NCBI RefSeq assembly: GCF_036971445.1
Contig: NC_091475.1
Location: 12,090,001-12,154,000 of the forward strand
DNA: 64,000 bases
From: Narcine bancroftii
Lineage: Eukaryota
Reading direction: 5' to 3'
In this document: in pieces, positions 24,701 to 39,700 of the stretch
How positions within the stretch are numbered: position 1 is the stretch's first letter
Layout: each line of letters starts with the position of its first letter
The notes under the pieces: generated by a model
Database searches by the model: none
What the model saw: only the letters and a program-made list of their open reading frames with translations
What the model was told of the DNA's origin: nothing
Translations under genes and position numbers: made by a program

Positions 24701-27700
24701 CCCCTGAGCCGCTCGCTCTCCCCGCTCCCCTGAGCCGCTCGCTCTCCCCGCTCCCCTGAGCCGCTCGCTCTCCCCGCTCCCCTGAGCCGCTCGCTCTCCC
24801 CGCTCCCCTGAGCCGCTCGCTCTCCCCGCTCCCCTGAGCCGCTCGCTCTCCCCGCTCCCCTGAGCCGCTCGCTCTCCCCGCTCCCCTGAGCCGCTCGCTC
24901 TCCCCGCTCCCCTGAGCCGCTCGCTCTCCCCGCTCCCCTGAGCTTTCATTTATTGTAGAATCATGCAGCCCACTATTCAATTACTGACACACCATCTGGC
25001 CACACATGGCAAAAGGTTGGCCGCCCCTGGGCTAGATAGTAGTAAGACAGTCTAGGACCAGACAACAAGCAAGCCCTCAGAATTAAAGAATGTCCTTTTA
25101 GAACAGGGATGAGGAGAGGTTTCATCAATCAGAGGATTGTGAATGTGTGGAATTCATTGCCACAATTTAGAGGCCAAGTCACTGGAAATAGTTAAAACAT
25201 TTCTTCATTAGTAAGGGCATGAAAGGTTATGGGGTCAAGATAGGAGAATGAAATTGAAAGGAAAAATAGATCAGCTGTGATTTGAATGATGTAGCAGACT
25301 CAGTGCTGATTCTGCTCCTGTGTCTTATGAAAACTTAAATTTTGCACACCAAGCATTGTCTGAATACTTTGAGAAAATTAATCCAGTAGAATCCCCATTA
25401 TTCGGCACCGACTGGGATTGTGGATGTCAGATATGCAAATTTTCTGGTTGACTTGAGACACAATGTTCTAATGCCTAATTAATATACTTGCATTAAGATG
25501 CAAGGATTGACAACGAGATAGACAACAGACTCGCCAAGGCAAATAGCGCCTTTGGAAGACTACACAAAAGAGTCTGGAAAAACAACCAACTGAAAAACCT
25601 CACAAAGATTAGCGTATACAGAGCCGTTGTCATACCCACACTCCTGTTCGGCTCTGAATCGTGGGTCCTTTACCGGCATCACCTACGGCTCCTAGAACGC
25701 TTCCACCAGCGTTGTCTCCGCTCCATCCTCAACATTCATTGGAGCGACTTCATCTCCAACATCGAAGTACTTGAGATGGCAGAGGCCGACAGCATCGAAT
25801 CCACGCTGCTGAAGTTCAAACTGCGCTGGGTAGGTCACGTCTCCAGAATGGAGGACCATCGCCTTCCCAAGATCGTGTTATATGGTGAGCTCTCCACTGG
25901 CCACTGAGATAGAGGTGCACCAAAGAAGAGGTACAAGGACTGCCTAAAGAAAGCTCTTGGTGCCTGCCACATTGACCACCGCCAGTGGGCTAATCTCGCC
26001 TCAAACCGTGCATCTTGGCGCCTCACAGTTCGGCGGGCAGCAACCTCCTTTGAAGAAGACCGCAGAGCCCACCTCACTGTCAAAAGACAAAGGAGGAAAA
26101 ACCCAACACCCAACCCCAACCCACCAATTTTCCCTTGCAACCGCTGCAACCGTGTCTGCCTGTCCCGCATCGGACTTGTCAGCCACAAACGAGCCTGCAG
26201 CTGACGTGGACATTACCCCTCCATAAATCTTCGTCCGCGAAGCCAAACCAAAGAAAGAAAAAAGATTAAGAATACACCATTTAAAAGGTAAAAGACAGTG
26301 CAAAATGTAAAGTGATTTGAATAAAATCAGTATTGTACTCTTTAATTATGTAAAATTCACTATAATCAGGTAATTTCTGTAACAACGATGTGCTAGCTGC
26401 TACACTAACCATGCTACCATCGTAATTAACCCACCCTCCTGCAAGTTTTCAGATAAAGCCTTACAAATATACCTAATACTAAAAAAAGATAAATAATGTT
26501 ATTAGACAGGGATAGGGAAAGATTTTGGGAAAGTCGCTCCAGCAGCATCGGTTGGCTCTTCATCTTCACAACAAAGCAACTTTATTCAAACAGCTGTTGT
26601 GAGCAGGGCACGACCGAGGCACTCCGCTGGCTGAATGTTTGCTCCCATCTTCACCATGTGTTGCTTCGGAGAACATTTACTTTTACATGAGCATCTTCCT
26701 CATGCTGACAGTCCGCTCATCTCCACACAAGTGTCCTGGCCAGGCCCTCGGTGCACCTTCCGCGTGCTGACAACCTGGCTTACCTCCACACAAGTGGCAA
26801 CAGCAAGAAAAATGCACATGCATTGCTAGTTCAGCGGGGCAAACCTGCATGTATCTAACGCAACCTCAGCGCTCTCCTGCAGGATCCATCTGCCCAATCT
26901 TATTTATTCGAACTACACATATTTATTTATTTATTTCCTCTCTCTTTTTTTTGCCAGTTATTTGAGTTTCCAATTGATTGAATTCCAGATAATGGGGATT
27001 CTACTGTACAACATATGGAACCTGGGACACTAAGTGGGTGGCGGAAATGGAGTGCTTTCATAACTTTTAAGTAATATTTAGATGAGCACCTGAATTGCCA
27101 AGGTCTAAAAAGCTAAGGAATAAAAGCTAATAAATGGGATTAGTGTCATTGGGTAATTGATGATGGGCATGTAAATGGTGGATGGTATGGCCTATTTCTT
27201 TAGTGTATGATTCTGGGTTTTTTTTCTGGTAAACATTTTACTAGCTAGTTTTGAAGTGTCCACCTCTGCCTGGTACCTGGTGATTATTGAGGATTGGGCA
27301 CAAAAATAAAATGCATTGTTCAGACTCATAAGTTATCGTTGTGTAAATTACTTTTCTTTCACTCTCTTTCCAGATGAGTTCCAGTGCCTCTGGCGAGGCT
27401 GTGGATTCCTGGCAGTGGAAGGGCCCAATGAGTTGGTGGTACATGTCAACTTCCACAGCTATCATACAAAGCTGAAATACTTCGGTTCAGAGCTACAACG
27501 ACTTCGTCCTGATTTGCCAATGTGCTCCCTGGACAGCCAGAACCAAAATCTGATCCCAGAGATTGCAGAGACTTTCACTTGCCAGTGGGAGTATTGTGAT
27601 GTAAGTATAGACCTTGATCTTGCTTTAATACACCTAGAAAGAAAAGTAGAGCTGGCCACAAATTGTCAAGAAAAAAAATAGCGATGAAGGTCAAGAAATT

Positions 27701-30700
27701 AAGAAGTTTTACAGCATTGGATTCTGCAATCTTTGGAGTAGCTGAATTTCAAGGGGCCATCAAGACAATGGCATCATGAAGAAAGCCTCTACTTCCTCAG
27801 GAGTTTGCGGAGGAGCTAGTGGAGTTGTTCAAGTGAACCGGTACGGACTTGAAGGGCCGACATGGCCTGTTTCCGTGGTGTAAACGGTTATATGGTTAAA
27901 ACTTGTGATCTTAAATGCGCACAAGATTTGTGTGATTTCAAGAGAATTGAACAATTTGTGATGATAAAAATTTGTACTTTAATTACCACATGACCGTAAA
28001 GCATTTGCAATACTTCACTATAAGCTTATTTTTTAAAAACATTAACCTTCCTTGAAGTTCCTAAAGCTTCAATAAAATTAATGCATTTTCATTGTTAATC
28101 AAGCATGATCGGGAGGTCTGCTAATGTTCAAAAGTCCAGATTTATACAAGTAATAATTCTGTTCCTGTGATACCCTAAACTTCATAAGCCCATTTAAAAA
28201 AAGCAATTGAAACTTTGATTTCAAGTGAATGAGGGTAGTCATTGTCTAGAAAACATTTCAGCAAGAGGAGAAAATCTGTGGCAGGAAAGGTGTTGAAAAT
28301 GCAATTAATGTATTTTTAAGAATTTTCAACTGAAGTCCAACTATAATAAATGTCAGTACTTAAATCAACATCAGTAAAGCAAGTCTTGAAAATTATTTTA
28401 AAAGTGGCAATCTACAATAAATAGGCTGCATCTGTGGAGAGAGGTAATGTTACAAGACTTCATATTTTTCCATGAATGGAAAATTCAGAATGGTTTTTTA
28501 TCAAAGTGACTGCATTTCAGAAGTACTCATTATAAAAGAAAACTACAGTCATTTAAATTTTAAATATTGTGCTTTCTGTAATCACTTGTTGGAGTGATTT
28601 TCTGCTAATAAATGATTTTGAAACTAGATACTGTAATAATAGAAAATGTGGCAGCCAGTTGTGTACAGTATGCTTTTAAAAATCAATACTAAACATTTGG
28701 TCAACTGCCTCATACAGTACAACTCCGATTATCCATAATGTCGGAAATAAGGTTTTTTCAGATAACTGGTCGTTTTATTTTTTAAACTGCCCAGTAGCAA
28801 CAGCATCGATGTTTAAACAACAACAAACAACAAGGGAAGGCTCTTTAAGCATAAAAATAATGTTTAACTCTTACCCCCCCAAAAAATGCTGGCCACGCCG
28901 CTGCTGATCACTGAGACCTCCCAACCCAGACACATCCCCACCTCTGCTGCTGATCCCCGGGGGGGGCTTTCTGGGCTGGAGGAACACTCACTGGCAAGTC
29001 AGTGGGTTCCTGGCTCCGGTCACTGGAGCTCCCGACACCCGAGTCCCGATTCTGAATCCTCCCTTAGGACTACAGGACATGCACACCGGGGAGTTCGATG
29101 TGCAGTAGTAGGCTGAGGGGAGAGTTTGGAGTTGGCGTTGGGAGCTCCGGTGTGCCAAGGAGGGAAGGAAGGGGAGGGAATGCCACTGAGTCTGAGGGCC
29201 TGCTCCTGCCCAGGAGCCTGCTCTCCTTGACACTGGGACAAGCGATTCTTGTGGCTGAGAGACAATAGGCCTTTTTTATAGTGAAGAAATAAGCGAGTGT
29301 AAAGGTGAATTTTCTCCAACTTTACATCGCTAAACCTACCTCCATAAAACCTCAGAGGGCAGATCCAGCATGTGGACTCCGATCCCTCCTGAGTATACAG
29401 TCCGAGGTGAAGAGCTCCACCTCCTCCATAAAGGCACTTCCACGTCAAGTGGCTGTAAGGAGGTGGGCTGATGACATCGCAATGACACCGTCAGCCTGCA
29501 ACCCAGGAGCCACCACCAGGGCTCCCACGGTGATTGGTGGCTGGGTTTAGGGCTCCCTCCTGCCACACAGAAATGTTCTCTTCCCGTTCCCCCTCTGCCC
29601 CTTGCTCCCTCACCAACCCAGGCAAAAAGGAGGCAGACAAGGGTGCAGGGAAGCTCGGTGGGGTGATCCTCGTGTTTTAATACAGGATCAATGGCTTTCT
29701 TTGTTTCCCATAATCGTCCACACAGCTGGAACCACTCTGCATTTCCTAGAGTGGTTCTAGCTGCGTGTTCGAGATGGGTAACGAAGACGGCCATTGCTCG
29801 GCACATATTTTTGACCTCACGGCGATGGGTGGCTCTTCTCCATCAATCACCCTGCTTCCCTCGGCTCGGGAGGATGGCTCTCGGCGCCGCTCTCCATAAA
29901 AGCAATACTGGAGCAGTCTTTTAGGACTCCATAAAAGTTGCCTTTTTCCCCCTCGTTGAGCCAGCTTTTTTGAAGACTTTATTTAAAATTTTATAACATG
30001 AATACAATAGAGAATTACATTTAAAGAAAAATTTTAAAAAAATTAAAATGGTATAATTACAATATTACATCAGAAAACTACACAAAATAACCCCCCCCCC
30101 CGTTAATTGTAACACAATATTAGTAATCTAACTTAAAATTAGTCCAGCCCTCCCCCCCCAAAAATAAAGAGTGAAGAGTTAATAAAATTAACAGTATTAT
30201 ATATGGAAAAAAAAATACCCACTTACAAAAAAAAGAGATAAAACTTAACCTAAAAAAAATTTCTAACAACAAAAAAAAATTATCAATATTAAAATATCAC
30301 GCTTAAACATATATTTAAATCAAACTTAAATGCATATAATTAGCAACGGAGTCCACTTTAACTTATAAAAAGACATCCTATCCTCAACTGAAAAAGATAT
30401 CCTTTCCATAGTCAAACAAAATTTCATCTCCAAATACCACTTATCTAAAGTTAATATATTTTTATCTTTCCAAGTAAGTGCTATACATTTCTTAGCCACG
30501 ACTAAAGCTAAATAGATAAAGGAGCCAGCTTCAATGGAGTATCACTCCATAAAGTTTGAGAGGGAGAGTTGAAGAGAAAAGTCAATAGGGGAGGGTAAAG
30601 AAGAAATGGAAAGAGAGAGAGGAGTGAGTTATATGAAACGAGGACAATCCTACTATCTTCATGTCAAGTGATTTTTTTTCAACCTGTGAGGTCAGTTCGG

Positions 30701-33700
30701 CTTTGAAAATTTTTGGATAAATGAGGATTTCTGATTTGTTTCGGATATCCTCATTTATCTGAAATTTTAGATATAAAAAATTGGATAAGTGAGGATTTCG
30801 GAGACTCCAATTTAGGAGAATTGGAGTTGAACTGTATATTCTTATTTTCATAGGGCATCAAACTTTGTTCAATCATGCTTATTTGAAGTGCCATGGGGAA
30901 TTTTTGTAAATACCATTGTGGTTGAAGATCAAGTAATTTGCTTTGTGATGTTGACTAAAGTACCAGCATTTGACAGAATACTATGGGAAAAATCTCAGCA
31001 ATTTGGAAAATGTATAATTGGATTTTTGCATCTGAATGGTTTACCCAGCACCTTAACAATCTCTTACCTCCTGCCTTTGGGACCATGCTCCTTCCCTTGC
31101 CCCTCCACCATTTTGTTCGGGCACTTTCCGACATTTTTCATACTTTGGTGAAGGGCTCAAGCCTGAAATGTTGGTTATGTATCTTTATCTTTGCTACATA
31201 AATTATACTGTTGACCAGCTGAGTTTCTCCAACATTGTGTTTTACTTTAGTATATCAATCTGTATTGGACATTCATCTTAATTTTTTTCTTAAAGTCTGC
31301 ATCAAAATTGAGTGGTACTAAATTATTGCCATTTTAATCTTCCATTATGCGATTTGTTTTGAGATGTTTTATTGGGATATACAAGAGAAACTTTTATGCT
31401 AATTGCCTTAAAACTTTAATGAATTTCTGTAACATGAAAATTTAGTGAAGTTTGAGCTTTGCTGATTTGTGACCTGCAACCTTATTATTTCCAAGCTCCC
31501 AATTTGGAATCTTTTACATTTATTGATTTCCCTTTTTGCCCCGCAGAGTACATTTGACAATCCAGAATGGTTTTATCGGCATGTAGATATGCATGGGCAA
31601 TGCACAGATAAAGAGATTCTTCCCGACAAAACTGAAGCCATTTCATGCTGCTGGAAAGGTAATCTGGAGAAGCAAATAGATAAAGCAAATAATTATACTG
31701 AATATATAATTCTGCTATTCCTTTGAACCCTATTATTGTCTATTTTATGGCCAGTCTGCAGCCTTGAATCATCCAAAATATCCAGCTTGGAGTTAAACTC
31801 AATGGGCTTTCCTGTTCCTGTAGCGAAGGGCAGGTTGACTTGTCGACCAGTGTCTCTCTTCCAGGAGCAAAGAAACTAAAATAACAGTCGTGAACCCTTA
31901 AGTGCATATGCTTGGTGCCCTCACAATGGTGTGGAGGTCAAACCTATCATAACTACCTCACTTAGCCTGCAGCTTGCCCTTTTTAAGTCTCCATGAACAT
32001 TTGCAATCAAGCTTAAAGGCTTAGCTTATTTTTTAAAATCATACTATTAACGTTCAAATCATTCATTGTATTATTTTTATTTGCAAATAGCAGGCAGAGG
32101 TCCTTCCGAGAATCTAGATTTAATCAGCAACTTGGAAAGAAGAACGGGTGATCTTTCAGTGAATAGGATTTATGTTTCTTGCTTGAAAATTGTGATCGCA
32201 TTTCAGAAAAATAATTTGTTTGGATATCGTAATTCAGACACTTTCTATCAATTCCAAATAGTTCTTTTTTTTTTAATCAACATGCATGCAGCAGTCTTTT
32301 TTTTTCCACTGGACTGAAATTTCCTTTTAACTGCACTGCTGCACTACAGCCGTTCTTGGAATAGGGTTGAATTTATTTGTCTCTCAATGGGAAAGCTGCA
32401 TGGCCTTGATGTGAATGGTTTCTTTGACGTTTCAAAGGGCAGTCAAGTGTCAGTCATATCACTGTTATCCTTGAGTCCCTGAAGGACAACAATGAATCAG
32501 GTGGGTTTTTCTGAACGGTCATGCACACCATGACTGTCTGACCTTCCAAAGTGTGGTGAAGAAGATTCTGCATGATTATACAGCACCACCAATATCCTAC
32601 TTTGCTCCACCCACTTCCTTTCAATTGTAAGAAACAGCCAGCACTTGCGCTTTCAAATAATACACAATAAATGTGAGGACGTTGGAAGGAGTGGAAGAAT
32701 GGAGCACCTTTGGAGCGTCTGTTCGCAGTACCATAAGTGTGGCAGGACAGGGGTCACGAGAGGGTTAAAAAGGAATACATTTCCATTCTTTTATTAACTA
32801 AGGCATAACATGTCAAGAGCCAGAGGAGTGTGCTAGAATTGTACACAATAGTCACAACTTGAATATAATTTACAATTCTGGTCATCAGGAAAGATGTACG
32901 AAGGGTGCAGAGGAGATCAATATGAATGTTGCCAGGATTTGAAAATCATAGCTTTAAGGAAAGCTTTGCTAAGCTAGAGTTTGGGATTCTCGAATAATTA
33001 GTAGAAGCATTAGTGGGAGATGAGGGAGAAGTGGGAGACCACTTTTTGTGGTCTGGAAATATCTGCCCGAAAGTGTGATAGAGACAGAAACTCTCATCGC
33101 GTTTTTAAAAAAATGCTGAATATTTACTTAAGATAGTGTCCTGTCGAGCTATGAAAGATGGGATTCAACAGGGTCGTTCTCTTGGATGGAGCACAGACCC
33201 AATGACTTGAATGGTCTTCCGCATCATAACTTTGAATATGTGAACACTTATAAGAATATATTTGATCACCAGCTGTTGCCAAGAATTAGTGAACAAAATA
33301 TGTATTTCTATTTCATTAATATTTTCAGGTTGTGTTGCTACATTTAAAATCAAGTTTAAACTTCGGGAGCATCTGCGGAGTCATACACAAGAAAAAGTTG
33401 CATCCTGCCCCAACTGTGGAGGGATGTTTTCCAACAATACCAAATTTTATGATCATGTTCGTCGGCAGTCGTCGGCAGAGGGTATGTAGCTACTTCAGAT
33501 GAATGTTTTGTTTATGTGCTTTCCCTAGTTTAGTCTTGGAATTTGCTTGGTGGAATTTCAATAACGTTCCTGATTGCTGTTTTTTTACGAACATGCTTTT
33601 CATGAAACAATGCATGGAGTTGAGATTTGAACTTGGGAAACTTTTCCATTGTGATTAAACATCCTCTGAATCCAATAATTTATCGCATTTTTCAAAAACC

Positions 33701-36700
33701 GGTAAATAAGAGTGGATTGAGTGTCAAACACCTCCTCTTGACCATGCTCTCCCTTTTCACACCAGCTAGCGTGGGATATAGACTACTTAGTCTTCCAACA
33801 GACCTTGTCTAATTATGCAACTTGGCAGATGCATTCTGGGAATGAATCCAAGAGGATGCTATTCCTGGAATTTTAATGCTTCCTAATGATGAAATAATTA
33901 TGTATATCATATAGATCCTTGTGTTTTTTGAGGATCCCAGTGGAGTTTATCTTGTTGGATCATTAATCATGAATAGTGTCCAATAAGTTCTATATATTAG
34001 TTGGAATTGCACAAGAAAATAGGACTGTGTTTTGGCTATCCAACCCCTCATTTCAAAGTCATTGTGGGTGATCTGTCCTAGGCCTCAACTTCTCTGATAG
34101 CATAGGATGCTGCTGTGAAAGTAATCTTTTCTTTCGTATAATCACATTTTCATTTTGGTCTTTTAGCAAAGATTTTTTTAAAAACTGACAAGTCATTCAG
34201 ATAGTGTGAGCATTTGCAAAACCCTCTGCCGTTTTGCAGTTTGCAATGTTTGCCTGTTTCCATAAATCCTGTTTGCTTTCCTTAGACACAAATTCCTATT
34301 GGATTTTGTAGATGTGCATAATTCAGAAGTGGGCTGTTTGGCCCAACTAGTCCATGCCAAATGTTTATTCTCCAAATATCCTTCCCATTTGACTTCAACT
34401 TGTCCAAACTGGGTAACTTTTTATTTCCTTTTCTTTACACAAGCTATTCCTTAAATGTGTCTGCCAGTTCACATTGTAGCAAATTCTACCCTCTAATTGC
34501 TATTAGAGTAAAGAAAAAGCTCCTGAATTTCTTTCACATTACTGGCATTTATTTCCCCTAGTTTTGCATGTTTCCACATGGAAATGCTTCTCGAGATGCA
34601 AATTGTCAGCTCCTTGTGATGAAGTGATTAACATGTTACAGCTCCACCTATGACAAGTTAACATGAATGGATAAAATTAATGATCTTGAACTCCACTTGG
34701 AGAGCCAGAACATAATTTCTATTTTGATTTTTAGAGAAGATGTTTCCCTGCCAGCATTGTGACAAGCAGTTTGCGAATGAAAGACTGCTACGGGACCACG
34801 TGCGGAATCATGGTAGGTTGCCCGTGACATTGCTTTGATTAGGAAGGCAGTATGGGTTAATGCACCTTTGGAATAGTTGATTTTTCATACAATTCTGCCT
34901 ATCCAATGCTATAATATGATTGAGCTAGTGTGAATTGACACAGTGCATAAGTGCATAGCAAAAGACAAACTGCTGGAGGAACTCTGAGTCGAACAGCAGG
35001 TTTGGGGGGTGGGGGGTGGAATTGTCGACTTTTCAGGTTGAGATCCTGCATCAGGACTGAGAGTGGAGAGGGAAGATTATGGAATAAAATAGTGAGGTGG
35101 ACCAAGGAGGAATAATGTGCAGATGGAGCCAAGTAATGTAGTTTGGAAGTAATTGTCTATGTACTTAATCAAAATCAGTAACTGGGTCAAATACAGATGG
35201 GGTGGTTGGAGAGAATGTGCCTTCAGAGATGTCACTGTTTGGATGAGCTGTAAAACTATCTAATTAAGTGGATGAAAATATCTCTGTAGTAGTTTGAAGA
35301 ATTGGACATTTTCTCAGCCAACCAAAATTAATAACTTTTTTTATCCATTTGCTATTTATGGGATCTTCTTCATAAACATTTATGAATATCTCTACAAAAT
35401 TATAGCCATCAATTCTTCAAACATTTTCTATGCCTCATGCATTCATAGTTCTAGATCACAGAAATGCTGCAACATTCAGGGCTTCTTGAATTTGTACACC
35501 AAAATCTCTTTATTCCTCAATACATTTTGTACGCCTTGTCCTTGATCGTCCTCGCAAAATGCACTTGTCAGGATTAAATTGCATCTGCCATTGTTCTATC
35601 CGTCTTGCCATTTGGACAGTATCACCCTGAAGTAGAAAGAGACTTTCAGTTGCACTTTTACTTTCATGATCTTCGGTTGTAATCAACTGTTTCATAACCA
35701 AGTTGTATGGGAAATACAGGAGCAATTTTTTTTAACCTTTCATGCTGTTCCACAATAACAGCATGATAATGACCAAATGGTCTGTTTATTGAAGTTGTTT
35801 GAGGAAAACGCCACTACTCTTCAAACAGACCAGTGGCAACTTGTGCACCTGACAGACGGTCAAGACTTTGGATCACCTTTTCATCCTAAAGAAATTGAAG
35901 TACTCTCCCAGTACTGCATCGGATGCCTTTTAAGGCTTGTGAACTATGTCCAAGGGATTGTGTGAGTTGACCTCCCTTCTTTTGATTGCAGTGTACAATG
36001 AGGAAAGTGCTAAAAGTTTGCCATGTCTCTTAAAAAAAGCATTATTCTGAATGTCAGAGATGAAGAGCTGTCACTGTCCTATGAAACTGGCACCACGGGA
36101 ATAGAAGGAACCTGTTAAATTTGTCCATAAAGTCAGTTTTACAGGAGAAATATATATAACATAACATATAACATAACAATTACAGCACGGAAACAGGCCA
36201 TTAGGCCCTTCTAGTCCGCACCGAACCAAACACCCCTTTCTAATCCCACCTCCCTGCACAATGCCCATAACCCTCCATCTTCCTCTCATCCATAGACCTG
36301 TCCAACCTTTTCTTAAATAATACAATTGACTCCGCCGCCACTATTTCTCCCGGAAGATCATTCCACACGGCTACCACTCTCTGAGTAAAGAAGTTCCCCC
36401 TCATGTTACCTCTAAACCTCTGCCCCTTAATTCTTAACTCATGTCCTCTTGTTTTAATCTTTCCTCCTCTTAACGGAAATAGTCTATCCACATCCACTCT
36501 GTCTATCCCTTTCATAATCTTAAATACTTCTATCAAATCCCCTCTCAACCTTCTACGCTCCAAAGAATAAAGACCCAATCTGTCCAATCTCTCCCCATAC
36601 TCCCCATATCTCCAATATGAACAGCTTACTGGCAGCCTCTTGGATTCTGGCAGAATTAAATATGTCTATTTAAGGATTGGTGCACTACAGAACATTGTGT

Positions 36701-39700
36701 GTTTCCTTCAACCATCTTTAACTCCTGATCCTCTGCCTAGCCCGACTAAACCTTTAGATCCTTTATTTTGTAGTAATCACTTTTTACACAATAGAAAGAG
36801 GCCAAAAAAAAGCTAAAAATGAATTAAAACAAATGGAGATTTTTGTGGCAGCACACATCTGGCGGTCCAAACGGGGCCGGTTCGCTCGCAGAGATGTGCG
36901 CTGCCACAATTTTTTATTTCGTATTTTAATTTGTGTTTCTCTTTACTAGTGAACCAGTTTAAGTGTCCCCTCTGTGATATGACCTGCACTACTTTCTCCT
37001 CATTAAGGACCCATATCAAGTTTCGCCACTGTTATGAGAGGCCCTATGGGTGTGACTTTTGTGAGAACAGGTAACTTGATTTGCTCCATATTACTTGGTA
37101 TTAGCATATTGATGTAGATAAAAGGGTTGATTCAAATTTCAAGAAATTTGGGACTCCCAATAATGAAAACAAGGAAACAGCCACAAGGAACACGTGCAGG
37201 AAAATAACTTTCTCTTCTCGAATTCTTGGCCCATAAAGGTGGTGGACACCAGATCATTCGGTACATTTAAGACAGATAAATATTTCAAGATTGATGGTCG
37301 TGAGGAGGTAAAGTCTGTGTAAATCAGACCTGTTTGTATTCAATGGTGGCCTTCTGCTTATCTTAGATTCTTGATCAAGAATGCAGTAAAAGTGCAGATT
37401 TTATTGAACTATACTCCTATTGTGTCATACATTTTGCTCATAAGTTGCATGATGAGTTCCTTCCTCTTGGACAACCCTTTCGAGTCAAGCATGACATTTT
37501 CATTTCCAGTTTGGCAGGCTTTAAGAAGGCTAACTAAGCCATAAAGGGACCCTTTCGAGCTAGCACCCACCATTCCTAGTGATCATGATTGATCATCCAC
37601 ACCCAGTACCCCGTTCCTGCCTTCTCCCCATATTCCCTTGACTCCACTGTCTTTGAGCTCTATCTAACTCTTTCTCGAAAGGATCCAGAGGATTGGCCTC
37701 CACTGGCTTCTGAGGCAGAGCATTCCATAGATTCTACTTCAAGGTTACTTTAGTTTTATTGAAAGATTGTTTTCATTGGTTACCAGGCAATGCTTTTACT
37801 CTGCCAGAAATTGGAGTTAAGTACTGGTGTATAAAATCAGGATGATTAGATGGAAATATTGGGGTATGTTGTTGTCTTTCCTCCATTTACACTAGGCTTC
37901 TATGTACTTCTGGCAAAGGAAGTTTTGGTTTTCAAATTTTATTCCAAATGTTGTTCACTTATTTCAGTGATTCTAACCGTTGGTGGAAATTCTCTTCTAT
38001 AGACATTAGAAGCAGGAGTAGGCCTTTCGAGCTAGCACCCACTATTCCTAGTGATCATGACTGATCATCCACACCCAGTACCCCGTTCCTGCCTTCTCCC
38101 CATATTCCCTTGACTCCACTGTCTTTGAGCTCTATCTAACTCTTTCTCGAAAGGATCCAGAGGATTGGCCTCCACTGGCTTCTGAGGCAGAGCATTCCAT
38201 AGATTCTACTTCAAGGTTACTTTAGGATTATTGAAAGATTGTTTTCATTGGTTACCAGGCAATGCTTTTACTCTGCCAGAAATTGGAGTTAAGTACTGGT
38301 GTATAAAAGCATTGATGAATTTCACAAACAATGTCTGTTTTATTGAGAGGTGAATCCTGAAATATAAGGTGGGCGTGATTTTCAGAATTTCATTATTGGA
38401 CCTACGTTTGTATGATGGGCTTTAAGTTTATCCACTCGCATGTTTCTGATTCTAGTTCTAGGGAAATAATTAGCATGGAAATAAGCCTTTCACCCACTGG
38501 ACTGCACTAATCCCATTTTTCTTCACTAATTCCCATCTTCCATCCATTCTCTTAATTCGACTGCCCTCCACCATGTTAGAGCAATTTACAATAGCAAATT
38601 AACCTCCCAAAAAGCCCCTCTATGGCATATGGGAGGAAACTAGAGCTACAGATTTATTGTCAGAGTACATTCATGACATCGCATGCAATCCTGAGATTCT
38701 TTTTCCTAATTGTAATTCCTAAGAATTACCACTTAGTGGTTCTGGTGCCCAACCTTTTATACGGGATCGTCGGGACCAGAAACTTGTCATTGTTCGGAAT
38801 CTTCCAGATTTTTGAATCATTTTAAAATTGAGTGCCTTTAAGCAAATGCTTCATTCCTAGCTCCACTGTCCCCTCTGGCAAGCCCAGAGTTCGCCAGAAT
38901 GTGGCAACAGCCCAATGAGCAGAGTGGTTCCAGCTGCGTGGGGGAATTATGGGTAAGGAAGTCGGCCATTGATCCTGCATTGAGCCAGCCTTCGCCTGCT
39001 CCTCTCCCAAAAGGTGTTGGGCGCTGAGAGTCACCTTTCCACCGAAGATGAGAGAGGATGCCCAGGCATGACTGGGGGGGGAGCCTTCCTCTGAAAACAG
39101 AATATTTGCACAAAATTTTTTAAAGCTCAGTTATATTTCATTCAACCTCAAATGTCCAGCCTCCGAAATTACAGCAACTCAGCCTTATTTAGTGTAAACA
39201 CCTGCCTGTGTGAACAGCCATTCCGGAGTTAAGTATGCTAATTTATTACAGGAAATTAATGTTACTTATATATAAAAACCATGTTTGATGAGCCGATGTC
39301 ATCTACTGAAAAAATTGACCGGTTTTTGGAGGTTGCCGGTATTCGAAATCTCAGATAAAAGTTGGGTACCTGTAATGGAAAACAAACTGTACAAGAATGT
39401 AAACAGATAACAAAATGTAAACAAACCTACTGTAGTATGGAGGGAATTTAAAAAAAATTGAAGTGCAAAAGTAAGTCCTTAAATGAGTCCCTGATTGAGT
39501 TTCTTGTTGAAGAGTCTGATGATGGAGGGGTAGCAGCTGTTCCTGAATCTAATGGTGCGAATCTTGTGGCCTTCTTCATCAGCCTATCAACTTGTGAGAT
39601 CAGAGCGTGTGCTGGGTGGTGTGGATCCTTGATGATTGCTGCTGCTCTCTATCGGCGGCATTCCCTATAGATGTTCTTGATGATGGGGAGGGTTTTGCCT

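Larger units (their letters stand above)
22500..25330 (+). mobile_element. Heavily deleted CR1 LINE (22500-23564 and 25030-25330), interrupted by a hAT-like element
   Basis: [18 protein letters not shown] motif in ORF 23127-23333; the 3' end resumes after 25030. Confidence 0.8.

Noticed and set aside
23703-24980. 425-aa and 337-aa repetitive ORFs
   Set aside because: By-product of a 26-bp perfect repeat that lacks stop codons on that strand.
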